Shown here: one piece after another, positions 13,020-26,099 of the stretch
Layout of the letters: each line of letters begins with the position of its first letter
Position numbering within the stretch: the first letter of the stretch is position 1
From: Tubiluchus corallicola
Lineage: Eukaryota; Animalia; Priapulida
Assembly (NCBI GenBank): GCA_030141605.1
Contig: JAQGDQ010000444.1
Span: 130,720 to 194,719 of the forward strand
DNA length: 64,000 nucleotides
Direction: 5' to 3'
Position numbers and translations under genes: made by a program
The notes under the pieces: model-generated
Database searches by the model: none
The model's input: the letters and a program-made list of their open reading frames with translations, nothing else
Told to the model about the DNA's origin: nothing

Positions 13020-14164
13020 GACATTTTAGCAATTGGCACAAACATTTTAAATTATTAGTCTAGTTACATAAGTCTTTCCAGCAGGTAAGTGAAATGCTAA
13101 GTAATATAGATTTGCACGGAAAGTTTACACACATAGTGACGTCATATAATGGTGCTGTTTAAACAGTATTGCGGGAGATTTAAAATAAAAACAAACGAAA
13201 ATTCCTTTCAACACGAATACGATATGTGCATAAATTGCTGTAAAGTTGTATATTTTTTAAGGTGATATATGAAACCTACTTCAGGTTCCCTTTTTCTTGT
13301 CCTATAAAATACGATTGCAGTGCTTCTGGCAAGTGTGCAAACCTATCTCTGCCACACTTCAGCTTTTGCTTTTTTGTCAATGGGGACGAATTACTACATA
13401 ATTCGTATTTGTATTTTATGTGATCTTGTTTAGCAAAAAATAAAAAATAACTCAATTGAATCGATAGAAATTGCAAACCACGTGATCATTACACAAAACA
13501 GCGACTTAATTATAAATCTTGTGAGGAATTTGAGCTGACCACATATTATAGATAAAGAAAGATTTTCCATCAATTTTCTGTGAAATATTAAATTTTATAA
13601 TACTGGTGGCATATTTTGCAAAGCCCTAAATTGCGGATCACTTCAGGGTCTCCGTGCACAGCTTAATGGATTTGTAAAGTCTTGTAAAGTGTTTGATGTG
13701 AAATGCAGTTCACGCTCTGTGCACAAAGAAAGATGTAATCTTGAGTAATTTCGTCTGGAATTTAATAATGATCGAAAATTATTATCCCGCTTTTGAAATT
13801 TGTAATCTCTACGGGCAACTTCTTCAAAAGCCCTAAATTGCAGACCACTTGAGACGTGCTCCCTGCGCACAAAAGAGAAGCTTAATGGTTTTCAAAATCT
13901 TGTGAAGTATTTGAGTTACACATCAAGAAGGATTTTAATCTTGTCTGGAATTTAATGATTCAAAAGTGCCGAAAATAATAATCCTCGCTTTTGAAATTTA
14001 TAATCTTTTTGGCAAATTCCACATAAGCCCTAAATTGCAGACAACTTGAGACGTGCTCTCTTCACACAAAAGAGAAGATTAATTATAAATCTTTTGAAAT
14101 GTTTACCAGAGTGGCAGGTTACACCCCGCTGACAAAGGAATGTGTATTAATCCCTAATAATTGA
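13020..14164 (-). repeat. Composite module B/C, inverted copy of ~20950-22420
   Basis: The reverse complement matches, e.g. 13075-13126 versus 22321-22372 and 13620-13900 versus 21310-21600. Confidence 0.9.
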
Positions 14165-17100
14165 TGTAGCTATAATGACTCACTCAGCTTGCACCTTGAA
14201 TTTAATGCATAAAGGATTAGACGTTGGAAGATCATGTAAAACTTATAGTTAGAATAAAAATCTAGAAATCAGATAACGACAGTTTGAACTCTGTAAAGCT
14301 GGAAGGGCTGTTAGCCTATATTGTTATAGTTAGCGGATAATAAAAGTGCTTATACCCTAGTACCACAGCACACGACTTCCGAGTTAAAATAGCCACTGGC
14401 CAAGGCTATTGTTCATAAGCAGAATTGCAAAGAGAGACGATTGTCACTAGCCCAATTTAACAGTTAGCCTAGAGTGAGGCTATGTGTCATTAGAACAAGA
14501 ACCATAGGAGCCTCGCACGAATGGCGACGAATGTGTCAGGATGATGGTCAGTTAGGCGGCTCTGTTAGCAAGTCACTGAAGATTCCATGTCATCTGACAT
14601 TGGATTCAAAAGAGATTGTCGAGAGAGTTTTAGCGGTTGTCGGTTGCTGGATGTGGCGTTGTTGACATGAGGTTATCGTGACAAGAAGGTCTGTTGCATA
14701 AAAGCTCTTGAGGTAGGAGATTGTTACTATAGCTCAGCGTAGACGAAACTTCTGCATCGTTTGATCTACCAAACCTCTGGTGCTTAGAACGTCTCTAATA
14801 CGAGTTCGGATCTGGCCAATTTCAGTCGCATAAGATTGGCCAGTCTACAAGTTAAGTAGCATTACATTCTACTTAGTAATTGTGAAATAGTTCAAGGTTT
14901 TGATTATACCTTGCAGACGTTGAATAAAGTGAAGATTGTTAAGTAGCAGATGAATTTAATTGATGTGGAACTGTAATTTTTAAGCTGTAATCTATAGACA
15001 CTATTTATAAACCCCACAAGCGAATAAGAAACTGAAACTGTAATTGTCAAACGACATTATCAATCAATTGTTGTTAAGTAATCGTTCAATAAACTTGTAT
15101 ATCATTGTTACCTATTTGTTCGATTTGATTTATAAGATTGAGATTCGTAAGTGCATACTCTTAAAGACGCTGTCTGTCACACGCATCTTTACCCAAGGTT
15201 ATTCACATTGGAGCGGCTTATTGCAGAGCCTTGCTTGAGAACTAGGGAGATACAGATTTACGTTGCAACGCGTATTTCGTGGTTTGAGGGCGTGTGGGAA
15301 CACATCATTGCCTGATCGACACAACCGAAGCTCCAGTAGTCGGGTTATTAATTAATTGGAATTAATTGCCTCATAGCGAGTGTACTAAATTTAATTGTTG
15401 AGGGTAAAAACATTTCTGTTATTATTGTTCGGTAAGAAAAATTATGAATCCATTTAATTTATTTTAATCTATCGTTGTTCCTAACTCTTAGCTTGCCACC
15501 TCTTTTTCCAGGTTTGACATTTTTGCACAAGTGTGATTACAATCCGGTACTTTTAACTCAATTGAAGTATTTCGCCATTCTTTCAGTGGTGCTCCAGGGC
15601 GGTGATTTAATTTAAAAAAGTTTATATTCTGTAGACATTCTTGTCTGCATTTGCTTTTCATCTCTTCCTGACATTCACTGGGGTTCCCGAGGTTAGCTAA
15701 TCAAAAAACTTCTGCAGACTATTGACATTCCTGTCTCTATTTGCTAAGCGTCTCTTCTTAACTCTTTCCCTGTGAGTTCCAGGGTGGCAGTTTAACTGAA
15801 CAAAAAACTTCTGCAGACTATTGATATTCCTGTCTCTACTTGCTAAGCGGCTCTTCTTAACTCTTTCACCGGGAGTTCCAGGGTGGCAGCTTAACCAAAC
15901 AATAAATCTTCTGCAGACTATTGATAATATTCTCTGTCTTTCAGCTCATTCTTTCCAGTATTTAAACAGTAAACAGGGTGTGACTAGTTTACTTTAGAAT
16001 TCTGAAATCTGGTAAATTACTTTTTCACAGTTTAACACAAAGAAGTAAACTATTCATCCATGTTTTAAATCAAATATAGACGTATTAAATTTGAAAGTGC
16101 TTTTATTGGGCGTGATTTTGAAAAATATTTTAGCAAACTTCTTGATCGCGAATCAGTGTCTATAAATCAGATGTTCAAAACTCATTTCACGCGAGGTTTA
16201 ATCCTCATAAAAATGTATCCATATGGCTTATTTGCTGAAATTGTTGCAGAGTTTCCAAAAACATTATTGATTTTGTGAATAATGAAAACATTTAGATAAA
16301 TAAACAACACACTGCATCAGTTTGCATCACTCTGCAAGCAATGATTGAGTCAGCTACTCCAAAAATTTGTAACTGCATTGAGATACTGCTGTGATGTATT
16401 AATCTCTCAATTAATCTCATTCATACTTTCCATTTGATCTACTAGAACCTGCTGCTGCTTCACAGTGAAAGTGTTCGTGCCCCAAACCTTCAATTTCTGC
16501 TTTCGCCTTTCACGGGGTGAGTTGTCAGCCAGTTTAGACATAAGTTTAACCGTTTGATTTGCCTCATCAAGAACTTTCCCTCCCCCAATGTCCCCGCATG
16601 TGTGAGTTATTGAATGAACTCATTTAAAAGTTTACTTTGCTATTGTTTAGCCTTGTATTTGATTTGGATTATTAAGTAATTGATTACTTTTGATTCGAAT
16701 TACAAATTTTTACAAACTTTACATAGCGAATGTATTTAGAATCGTATAAAAACTGCGTAATTAAAAAATCGTAATCGCACGTGTTATAGCAACTGTACCT
16801 CGGTGAATGTCTGTTATTTGTCTACAACTGCTATGGTGGGTTATAACTTGTCCATGTAGAAAACCGCGACGTGTTTTGTCTTGCACGATTAGTTATCAAA
16901 GAATTTAAAAGAATATCGGTATTTTGGAGTTTAAAGTTTCTCCTGTGCAGAAAGTGACACTAAGACATACGCAATACTTATTGAGGCACTAATAAGAAAT
17001 GGTTATTGCTTCACACTTCTTTGTAGTAAAAATTTTGTCAGTTTTAGTGGAATGTTGTACGTAGATGATTATTAATCTTGTCTGTATTTGCTCAGCTTTC

Positions 17101-18130
17101 TTTGTTAAATCTTTCCGAGGTGTGGAATGCAGCCTTTGAAATTCAAGTGTGTAATCACTCTGCTTTATTTGCTTAACTCTTTCCCAGGCGCCTTCTAAGA
17201 TAAATATTGCGGCATCTTGGATTGAAAAGCTCTTTGTAGGAAAGCTTTTGAAGAATATTAAGTATTTGTGAAATCTCTCAAGTTGTTCAAAGTAAAATGC
17301 ATTGATGAATCTATGTTTACACAGTCAGATATTTCTGCTCGCCGAGATGAACCTTAAACTTTACTGTAAACAATGTCCTACTTGTAGGTTCTACATCGAC
17401 TGAAATTATGACGTAACAAGAAGATAATTATAATTATAATGGTGAAGTGAAGGCGTCAGAAAACTGAGATATTTTGCAGAGCGGCTTTAGCCTGACTAAT
17501 TATCAAGGGTAACTTCTTAGATGAGCTACTGAACTGTCAGAAGTGTAGCCATGTTTAGTTTAGAAATATCCTTGTTACGACTAGTGCAGATGGCACAGGC
17601 CTGACTAGATATAAGGTAGTCACTGGAGATTTCTTAGCCGAGCAAAACGTTTACATGAATTTTACTTTAAAGAGGGATCTGCCCACAAACGCCAGATAGT
17701 GGCTTTACAGCAAGGGTAGTCTACGGGGGGGGGGCGCTACCACTTCAAGATGGTATTGGTTCTTGTGGGATTCTGTATTAGCAATTGTCGGTTAATCGAA
17801 TTAAATGCAACAACTAAACTAACTGTAGCAAATGTTCGTCTAAGGGCGTATCCTAACTACCAACCACCCTTGGGGAAATGCTAGCAAGTTAATGGGTTAA
17901 GAGTAGCATTCAGGGCTGTGACGTCACGTGTACATTAGCAGCATCCAGGAAACATTTCGTTGCTAAACCTCATGCATAATTTCAATGTCTGGCATGACTT
18001 AAACTCGAGTAGGATCACGTTTATATTGAACATTTATCAATTGTGAATACCATTATTCCATCTGTACCCATGCCACGCTGCATAGTAAGGCAAAGAATAA
18101 ATGAACTTACAGATCGGCATCCCATGGGAT
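14165..18130 (+). mobile_element. Highly decayed Ty3/Gypsy-like LTR retrotransposon
   Basis: Starts TGTAGC exactly where module B similarity stops. Candidate LTR ends ...TTCACA (15207) followed by tTGG. Pol relics appear in RT-RH-IN order: YVDD (17058-17069), LLR*ATELSE (17513-17542) and NHPWGNA (17862-17882). No 3' LTR was found. Confidence 0.65.
15585..15935 (+). repeat. ~100 bp tandem repeat (3-4 units) in the leader of the Gypsy-like relic
   Basis: ttctgcagactattga at ~15709, 15809 and 15909. ccagggtggcag also recurs. Confidence 0.85.
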
Positions 18131-18134
18131 AGTC

Positions 18135-19052
18135 GTCAATAAGTGTGATTGTTGTGGTTGTCAGCAAAAAAGTGTTGTGCGCAGAAAATAAGTGCGGTTG
18201 TGCAGAAAGTAAGTAAATAAGTGCGGTTGTTGTGGCTGTCAGCAAAAAAGTGTGGTGCACAGAAAGTAAGTAAATAAGTGCATTTGCGCAGGAAATAAGT
18301 GCAGTTGTTGCTGTTAACGAGAAAGTGTGCTTGCACAGAAAACAATTGCGGCTGTGATTGTCAGCAAAAAAGTGCGGTTGTGCAGAAAATAAATGCGGTT
18401 GTTGTGGTTGCATAAAAAATAAGTGCGGTTGCGCAGAAAATAAGTTACTAAGTGTGGCAGTTGTGGTGATAGTTATCGAAAAATTGCGGTTGCACAAAAA
18501 AAAAGTAAATAAGTGCGGTTGTTGTGGATGTCAGCAAAAAAGTGCAATTGTGCAGAAAATAAGTAAATAAGTGTGGTTGCACAGAAAGTAAGTAAATAAG
18601 TGCGGCTGTTGTGGATGTCAGCAAAAAAGTGTTGTGCGCAGAAAATAAGTGCAGTTGTGCAGAAAGTAAGTAAATAAGTGTGGTTGTTGAGGTTGTCAGC
18701 AAAAAAGTTTTATTTACTTATCACAACCGCACTTATTTACTTCTTTGCTGTACAACCACACTTTTACTTATTTTCTGCACAACCGCACTCTTTTGCTAAC
18801 TATCAAAACAACCGCACTTAATTACTTACATTCTGCGCAACTGCACTTACTTTTGCTCTGCGCAACCAGACTTTTTTTGCTGACAACCACAACAACTATC
18901 GCACTTATTTACTAGCAACCACAACAACTGCTCTTATTTACTTATTTTCTGCACAACTGCACTTATTTACTTACTTTCTGCACAACCGCTCTTATTTATT
19001 TACTTTCTGCACAACCGCTCTTTTTACTTATTTTCTGCGCACAACACTTTTT
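18135..19052. repeat. 29-bp-family satellite with a strand switch at ~18708
   Basis: 18135-18708 reads gtgcggttgtgcagaaaataagtaaataa, and 18709-19052 reads its reverse complement. Confidence 0.92.
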
Positions 19053-19224
19053 TGTGTTCATCATCGCGGTGCCATGAGAACTGTTTTTCGCTGCTCTCTT
19101 TAATTAGCTGTCTGAGAGGCTCTGTTACAGTTGCAAATTGTAAGTTAAGAATTTAGCCATTTAAGAATTTACATGTGTATGTAACCATTCCTAATAGCAT
19201 TTGGACTTGCTTTATGCACTTTGG

Positions 19225-20050
19225 CAATTGTACATATTTACTTATTTTCTATGCAACCACACATATTTACTTATTTTCTATGCAACCACACATATTTATT
19301 TATATTCAATGCAAACGCACATATTTACTTATTTTCTATGCAACCACACATATTTACTTATTTTCTTTGCAACCACACATATTTACTTTTTTTCTATGCA
19401 ACCACACGTATTTACATATTTTCTCTGCAACTGCACATATTTACTTATTATCTATACAACCGCACATATTTACATATTTTTTATGCAACCACACATATTT
19501 ACTTATTTTCTTTGTAACCACACATGTTTACTTATTTTCTTTGTAACCACACATATTTACTTATTTTCTCTGCAATTGCACATATTTACTTATTTTCTTT
19601 GTAACCACACATATTTACTTATTTTCAATGCAAATGCACATATTTACTTATTTTCTTTGTAACCACACATATTTACTTATTTTCTATGCAACCACACATA
19701 TTTACTTATTTTCTATGCAACCACACATATTTACTTATTTTCTATGCAAACGCACATATTTACTTATTTTCTATGCAAATGCACATATTTACTTATTTTC
19801 TATGCAACTGCATATATTTACTTATTTTCTATGCAACTGCACATATTTACATATTTTCTATGCAACCGCACATATTTACTTATTTTCTATGCAACCACAC
19901 ATATTTACTTATTTCCTTTGCAACCACACATATTTACTTATTTTCTCTGCAATTGCACATATTTACTTATTTTCAATGCAACCACACATATTTACTTATT
20001 TTCTATGCAACCGCACATATTTACTTATTTTCTGTGCACATATTTACTTA
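19225..20050 (+). repeat. 29-bp satellite, ~28 units (gcaaccacacatatttacttattttctat)
   Basis: Direct periodicity. An inverted counterpart lies at 34545-35725. Confidence 0.97.
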
Positions 20051-22610
20051 TACAAAAATATCCCCATGATTTATGTGGACATATGACATATGGGAACTTT
20101 GTGCAACGGTATTTTCTGTTGGTTGTCTTTCCAGATAAATGCGGGAACCAGTTCAGTTGAATTATAATAATTCGTCTCCTGATAACAAGGAAGTTTGAGT
20201 GAAATTTCTAAGAAGTTTAAGCGATTATGTTTGCAAAACATCTTAAGACTGACAGTCCTCATTTCATCAAAATTTTAAAGCAAATAAAGCTGATAGACCG
20301 CGTCCTTTTCAGGGATTATATTAAAGTGCTTAAGATTCCGTGGGAAAAGATTATGCTGCTCTCTAGCCTCCTCTCAACAGCTTGTCTCGAGAAAATAAAA
20401 GTGGAGATTTTTTTCTTGCAAAAATTAATTATTCGTGTAAAAGAATAAAGCTTGTGAAATATAAACAAGAAAAGCAGAGAGAAATCCTCATCGTCATCAT
20501 CATCAGCATCATCAACGTAATTGTCATTGTCATCGTCATCGTCATCATCGTCATCCTCGTCATCATCACCAACAACAACAACAGAAACACTAACTGGAGT
20601 GACAGTCAAATGTGGATCAACAGTGACGAGGACAAAATAACAATGACACAGTTATTGTAAAAAAGATATACTTCACAAAACAACAGTGGCAAGCAACAAG
20701 AGTCAACACTTGTGCCAAAAATGTTTTTTTCAAATATCCAAATGTTTTCAAAATTGTTATGCGTTTCTTGTTTTGAGACCTCATTACCTCATTATTGATA
20801 TATTTGATCAAAATCAGACCATTTCAAGATTGGTCATTGCCCATGTAGTTCTCACGCTGCTAACACTGTTGTGTAGCTTTGCTGAACCACTTCAAAGAGA
20901 GAGATTATTATTGTCAGCTTATCAATCATTATTAAATTCCCGACAGAATTATTGGGGATTAAAACGTTCCTGCCACTCTGGTAAACACTTCAAAAGATTT
21001 ATAATTAATCTTCTCTTTTGTGTGCAGAGAGCATGTCTCAAGTTGTCTGCAATTTAAGGATTAAAATGTTCCTTTGTCAGCAGGGTGTAACCTGCCGCTC
21101 TGGTAAACATTTCAAAAGATTTATAATTAATCTTCTCTTTTGTGTGCACAGAGCACGTCTCAAGTTGTCTGTAACTCAGGGCTTTTGTGGAATTTGCCGT
21201 AAAGATTATGAATTTCAAAAGCGAGGATAATTATTTTCGGCGCTTTTCAAGTCATTAAATTCCAGACAAGATTAAAATTCTTCTTTGTGTGTAACTCAAA
21301 TACTTCACAAGATTTTGAAAACCATTACGCTTCTCTTTTGCGTGCAGGGAGCGTGTCTCAAATAGTCTGCAGCTCAGGGATTTTGTGGAATTTGCCGAAA
21401 AGATTATAAATTTCAAAAGCGGGGATAATTATTTTCAATCATTATTAATTTCCAGACGAAATTGCTCAAGATTACATCATTCGTTGCGCGTTGGGCGTGA
21501 ACTGCATCTCACCTCAAACACTTTACAAGACTTTACAAATCCATTAAGCTGTGCATTGAGACCCTGAATTGATCTGCAATTTAGGGCTTTGCAAAATATG
21601 CCACCAGTATTATAAAATTTAATATTTCACAGAAAATTTATGAAAACTCTTTCTTTATCTATAATGTGTGATCAACTTAAATTCCTCACAATATTTATAA
21701 TTAAGTCGCTATTTTGTGTAGTGATCACGTGGTTTGCAATTTGACATTTTGTCTTATCAGAAAATATAATCAAACTATTAGCTAGAATTTTCTATAAATT
21801 CAATTCAATTCAATTTTTTATTTTGGTAATTAAGATCACATAAGGTACAAATACAGTACTAAAATGGAATAGAGTACATGAGATAATTGCTACCAGAGTA
21901 AAATATAAATACGGGGTTAAAAAATTAATGCTAATAGATGCTAATTATGTAATAATTCGTTTTCATTCACAAAAAAGCAAAAGTGTGATAGAGATAGGTT
22001 TGCATACATAGATTTACACACATGCCAGAAGCATTGCAATCGTAGATAGGTTTACACACATTCCAGAAGCAGTGCAATCGTATTTTATAGGACAAGAAAA
22101 AGGGAACCTGAAGTAGGTTTCATAAATATCACCTTCATATATTATACAACTTTACAGCAATTTTATGCACATATCGTATTCGGAATTTCGTATTCGTTGA
22201 AAGGAATTTTCGTTTGTTTTTTAATTTTAAATATCCCGAAATACTTTTCAGAAAGCACAATTATATGACGTCATTACGCATATCGGGGAAAACACAGACA
22301 ATGTTAAATTATGTCCCAAAAAACTTTCCGTGCAAATCTATATTACTTTGCATTTCACTTACCTGCTGGAAAGGCTTAAGTAGCTAGACTAATGATTTAA
22401 CATGTTTGTGCCAATTGGAAAAAAATATCGCTGACTCACCCTCCACGGTGCGCCACTCACTAGCCAGAAACTTATTTTTAATCTTATTGACAAGATACAG
22501 TAATTTAAAATTTTACAAAATTAGTAACATGCATGCTAAGAATGCTCTGATTGTTTTTCAAAATTTACTTAATGTTGTCAAAACTTGTTTCAAACGACCT
22601 ACCATTAAAA
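20050..22610 (+). repeat. Composite module B/C: linker, (CAT/CGT/CAA)n tract, conserved spacer, ~120-bp units, tail
   Basis: Inverted matches at 33165-34545 and 13020-14164. Diverged direct matches at 31280-32590, 41195-42055 and 10-86. Confidence 0.88.
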
Positions 22611-23279
22611 TGGTCCGTCACTGGACAATTTTTAAAATAAAAAATACTGTTCTGATCAAAATTGCTGATTATTATAATCCGCGTCAAAGGCAATTTTCCT
22701 AGAAAATTTTTGGCCACATGTGACTGGGCAGTATTATCCAACTTTGAAGAGCTTTTCGTAACGTAAAAAAGGAACTCTGATTTGAATCATTGACAATTAT
22801 AATCCAATTTGAGGCCATTTATTTTCATAAGAACATACCAAAGTCTCATAAATGTGAGTGTAATGAACAAACCTGAACAGCTTTTCACAACATACAAGTC
22901 CATTCTAGTTTTTGTAATGCCTGCTGGTTGTATTACAATTTCAATCGAAATTATGTGCAATTAATAAACACATACGAAGTATTTTACAGTTTGAATCTTG
23001 AATGGGATGTGTGAGCAAGTTAAAAGAAGTTCTACATCTTTCAATTTTTTTTTATTTTGACCATAACTGTAACAAATGTTAAGCAGGTTATATTCTGCAA
23101 TGACAATTTATTGAAGTTTATTTAGGTTTCTGTAAATACTTAAAAGGAAGAAAAGATTTGGTAGTAAGATGGTCAACTTTGACAAGTAGTTTGCGCTTAA
23201 AAGTGAAGGAAATTTGTGTTTATTAAAATGTTCAAAAACAAGCATTATTGGCGCCATGTTTCTAGTGCTCAAGGATCTG

Positions 23280-24262
23280 AGGCGGCGTTAAAAAGCTGTC
23301 ATGGTGAACAACTCCAACACGTCAGTTTATAGGCGTAACTTTCAGATGCGTGAAGACGAAACAACTGAAGCAAATCATTTGCTTTGCAGTCTTACTATAA
23401 GCGTGAGCTCCAGGAAAAGACAGAACAGTTTTTAGTGAAGTGCAAATAAGTGATTATAAGTGCAAAATGTGTGATTTTGTTAAAAAAGTGAAAATTTTGG
23501 TTTCTGTACGAAACAATTTAATCTTTGCACTCAAACACAGAAGTGATGACGCTTTAGTCTTCTATATTGTCTAATAAATGGATTCTGGCTGCGTGGTGAT
23601 ATTAAAATGGAATGGTGGCACTTCATAAAGCAAGTTTCAAATTAACGTTCTCTCAGTAAAAGTGAAAAATCACCTGGCTTTTCATTGAATTTAAAGCTTC
23701 ATTAGGTAGAAAGCATCAACTTAACTTTCAAATTTCTCACAGAAAACTGATCACGTTTCGCCATCTTGATTTTTAAAAAAAACGTGCCACCTCGTTACGT
23801 CATCGCGTGATTTGCCTGGAATATGGCTTGGAGTATGAATTTGCTTTACAAAGTTTATGTCAGGCATCAGCAAGCTAATTCTATCTTTATAACTGTCCTG
23901 CTTATGTTTTATGGTAAGTGTTAATCTTATGTGCAATAATTTTAAATCACTTACATTATTTTATATAAATGGGTCCTGCAATTCTGTGATCTATCATGCC
24001 ATGATAATGTTGTTTGGATGCCTGTACAGTTTAGGTAGTTTTAAGACACTTTCAGATCACCCAAATTATAAATAACACTAAAAGTAGGACAGCAATACAT
24101 AGTTGCATCTGCACGCTGAAGTTGAAACGTACCTCCTATTTATAAAGAAAAACACATTAAAAAATTAAAAGTCAAAGGGAATCTGGCAAATTTTCTTCGT
24201 GTGCGCCATTTTGCAGCAATCTTGTGTGACAGTAAGTGGCCTACTCTACAGGCGTTGTTTTG
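23280..24262 (+). repeat. Dispersed repeat 'module D', copy 1
   Basis: Colinear with 39226-40117 (gtttataggcgtaactttcagatgcgtgaagacga ... ctctacaggcgtt). A weaker copy lies at ~59600-59900. Confidence 0.88.
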
Positions 24263-25490
24263 CCAGGTTTGTCAGTATGGCAGGTTTGGTGGTACAGCAG
24301 GTATAGGCGGTATAGCAGGAACAACAGGTATGACTGTATGGCGAGTATGACATGTTTGTCAGTATGGCAAGTATGGCAGGTTTGTCAGTATGGCGAGTAT
24401 GGCAGGTTGGTCAGTATGGCAGGTTTGGCAGTATGGCAAGTATGGCAGGTTGGTCAGTATGGCAGGTTTGGCAAGTTTGACAGTATGGCGGGTTTGGCAG
24501 GTTAGTCAGTATGACAATTTTATCAGTATGGCTAATATGGCAGGTATGATAGGTTTTTTCAATATGGCGGGTATGGCATCTTTGGCAGTATGGCAGGTTA
24601 GTCGGTATGGCAGGTTTGGCAAGTTTGACAGTATAGTGGGTTTGGCATGTTTGACAGTATAGCGAGTATGGCCAGGTATGGCAGCATGGCAAGTTGGCAG
24701 TATAGCAGGAACGACAGCTATGACAGTATGGTAGGTTTGTCAGTATGGTGGGTATGGCAGGTTAGTCAGTATGGTGGGTTTTGCAGCTTTGACAGTATGG
24801 CGGGTTTGACAGGTTTAACAGTATGGCTGGTTTGCAGGTTTGTTAGTATTGCCGGTATGGTAGGTTTGGCAGTACAGCAGGTATGACAGGTATGACAGTA
24901 TGCCAGGTTTGGCAGTACAGCAGGTATGCCAGGTTTGGTAGGTTTGTCAGTATGGCAAGTATGGCGAGTATGGCAGGTTGGTCAGTATGGCTGATTTGCA
25001 GGTTTGACTGTATGCCGGGTTTGGCAGTATAGCAGGTATGACAGGTATGAGAGTAGGCCGGGTTTGGCAGTACAGCAGGTATGACAGGTATGAGAGTAGG
25101 CCGGGTTTGGCAGTACAGCAGGTATGACAGGTTTGACTGTATGCCGGGTTTGGCAGTATAGCAGGTATGACAGGTATGACAGTATGCCGGGTTTGGCAGT
25201 ACAGCAGGTATGACAGGTATGACAGTATGCCGGGTTTGGTAGTACAGCAGGTATGACAGGTATGAGTGTATGCCGGGTTTGGCAGTACAGCAGGTATGAC
25301 AGGTATGAGAGTATGCCGGGTTTGGCAGTACAGCAGGTATGACAGGTATGAGAATATGCCGGGTTTGGCAGTACAGCAGGTATGACAGGTATGAGAGTAT
25401 GCCGGGTTTGGCAGTACAGCAGGTATGACAGGGATGAGAGTATGCCGGGTTTGGCAGTACAGCAGGTATGACAGGTTTGGCAGATTGGCA
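24262..25490 (+). repeat. Minisatellite: degenerate 8-9 bp subunits grading into a homogeneous 43-bp unit (~11 copies, 25014-25480)
   Basis: Unit gccgggtttggcagtacagcaggtatgacaggtatgagagtat with period 43. Confidence 0.95.
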
Positions 25491-26099
25491 GACCTTTCTT
25501 ACAACAGTATTTCTGAAAAGTATAGTTATTGATCTTGATGCGCACATCCCTTCAAGGTAGAAATGTCTCAATAAGTCCCAGAATTCTTAATATTGTCATA
25601 GATGTGTGGCATACCAGTTTTTTAGAGTTTTTTAAAGTCTTGTTTATGACAACATCAATAACTCGAGGGATACTGGGTGTTTCTCCATTAGTTGCTAAAT
25701 CTGAATCAGCCTTGAATATCTTGTGATCAGATGCAATTTCATTTTGTCTGAAAATATGTGCTTACGACGAACCTTTGTATTGTGCAGAAACTGTACCATG
25801 AAAGATAAGATGAAGGACAGTATTTCTACTCTTGTAGTTCCAACTAGTGTTGAAGACTTGAAGCTTCTGCCGATGTCCAGCATGGGCAGTGTTGACCAAA
25901 TCCTTACCATTGCCCATTCACTGCTCTCAAATGCAGAATTTACCACTGAGATACAAGAGAAGAAAAATGGGACCGGTTTCTGGACATAAATATTAAAATT
26001 GAAGTCTGTCAGGAGTACCTGGTGTTGCAAGAGAACAGATGCTGGCTTTGGTCTTAATTTGGAAAGCATATTTTTGCTGGAGTTTGGGTGTAATCTTCA

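Noticed and set aside
19175-20160. Cys/His/Tyr-rich ORFs (QPHIFTYFLCNHTY...) here and at 34495-37021 and 18021-18702
   Set aside because: They are translations of the 29-bp satellite in several frames, with no unique coding sequence.
20316-20660. Poly-Asp and poly-Ile/Val ORFs (also 31174-31509, 34238-34498 and 55632-55901)
   Set aside because: They derive from the trinucleotide tract of module B.
24843-25571. 242-aa ORF with CHTCC motifs resembling heme-binding or metallothionein repeats
   Set aside because: Produced by the 43-bp minisatellite cycling through frames.
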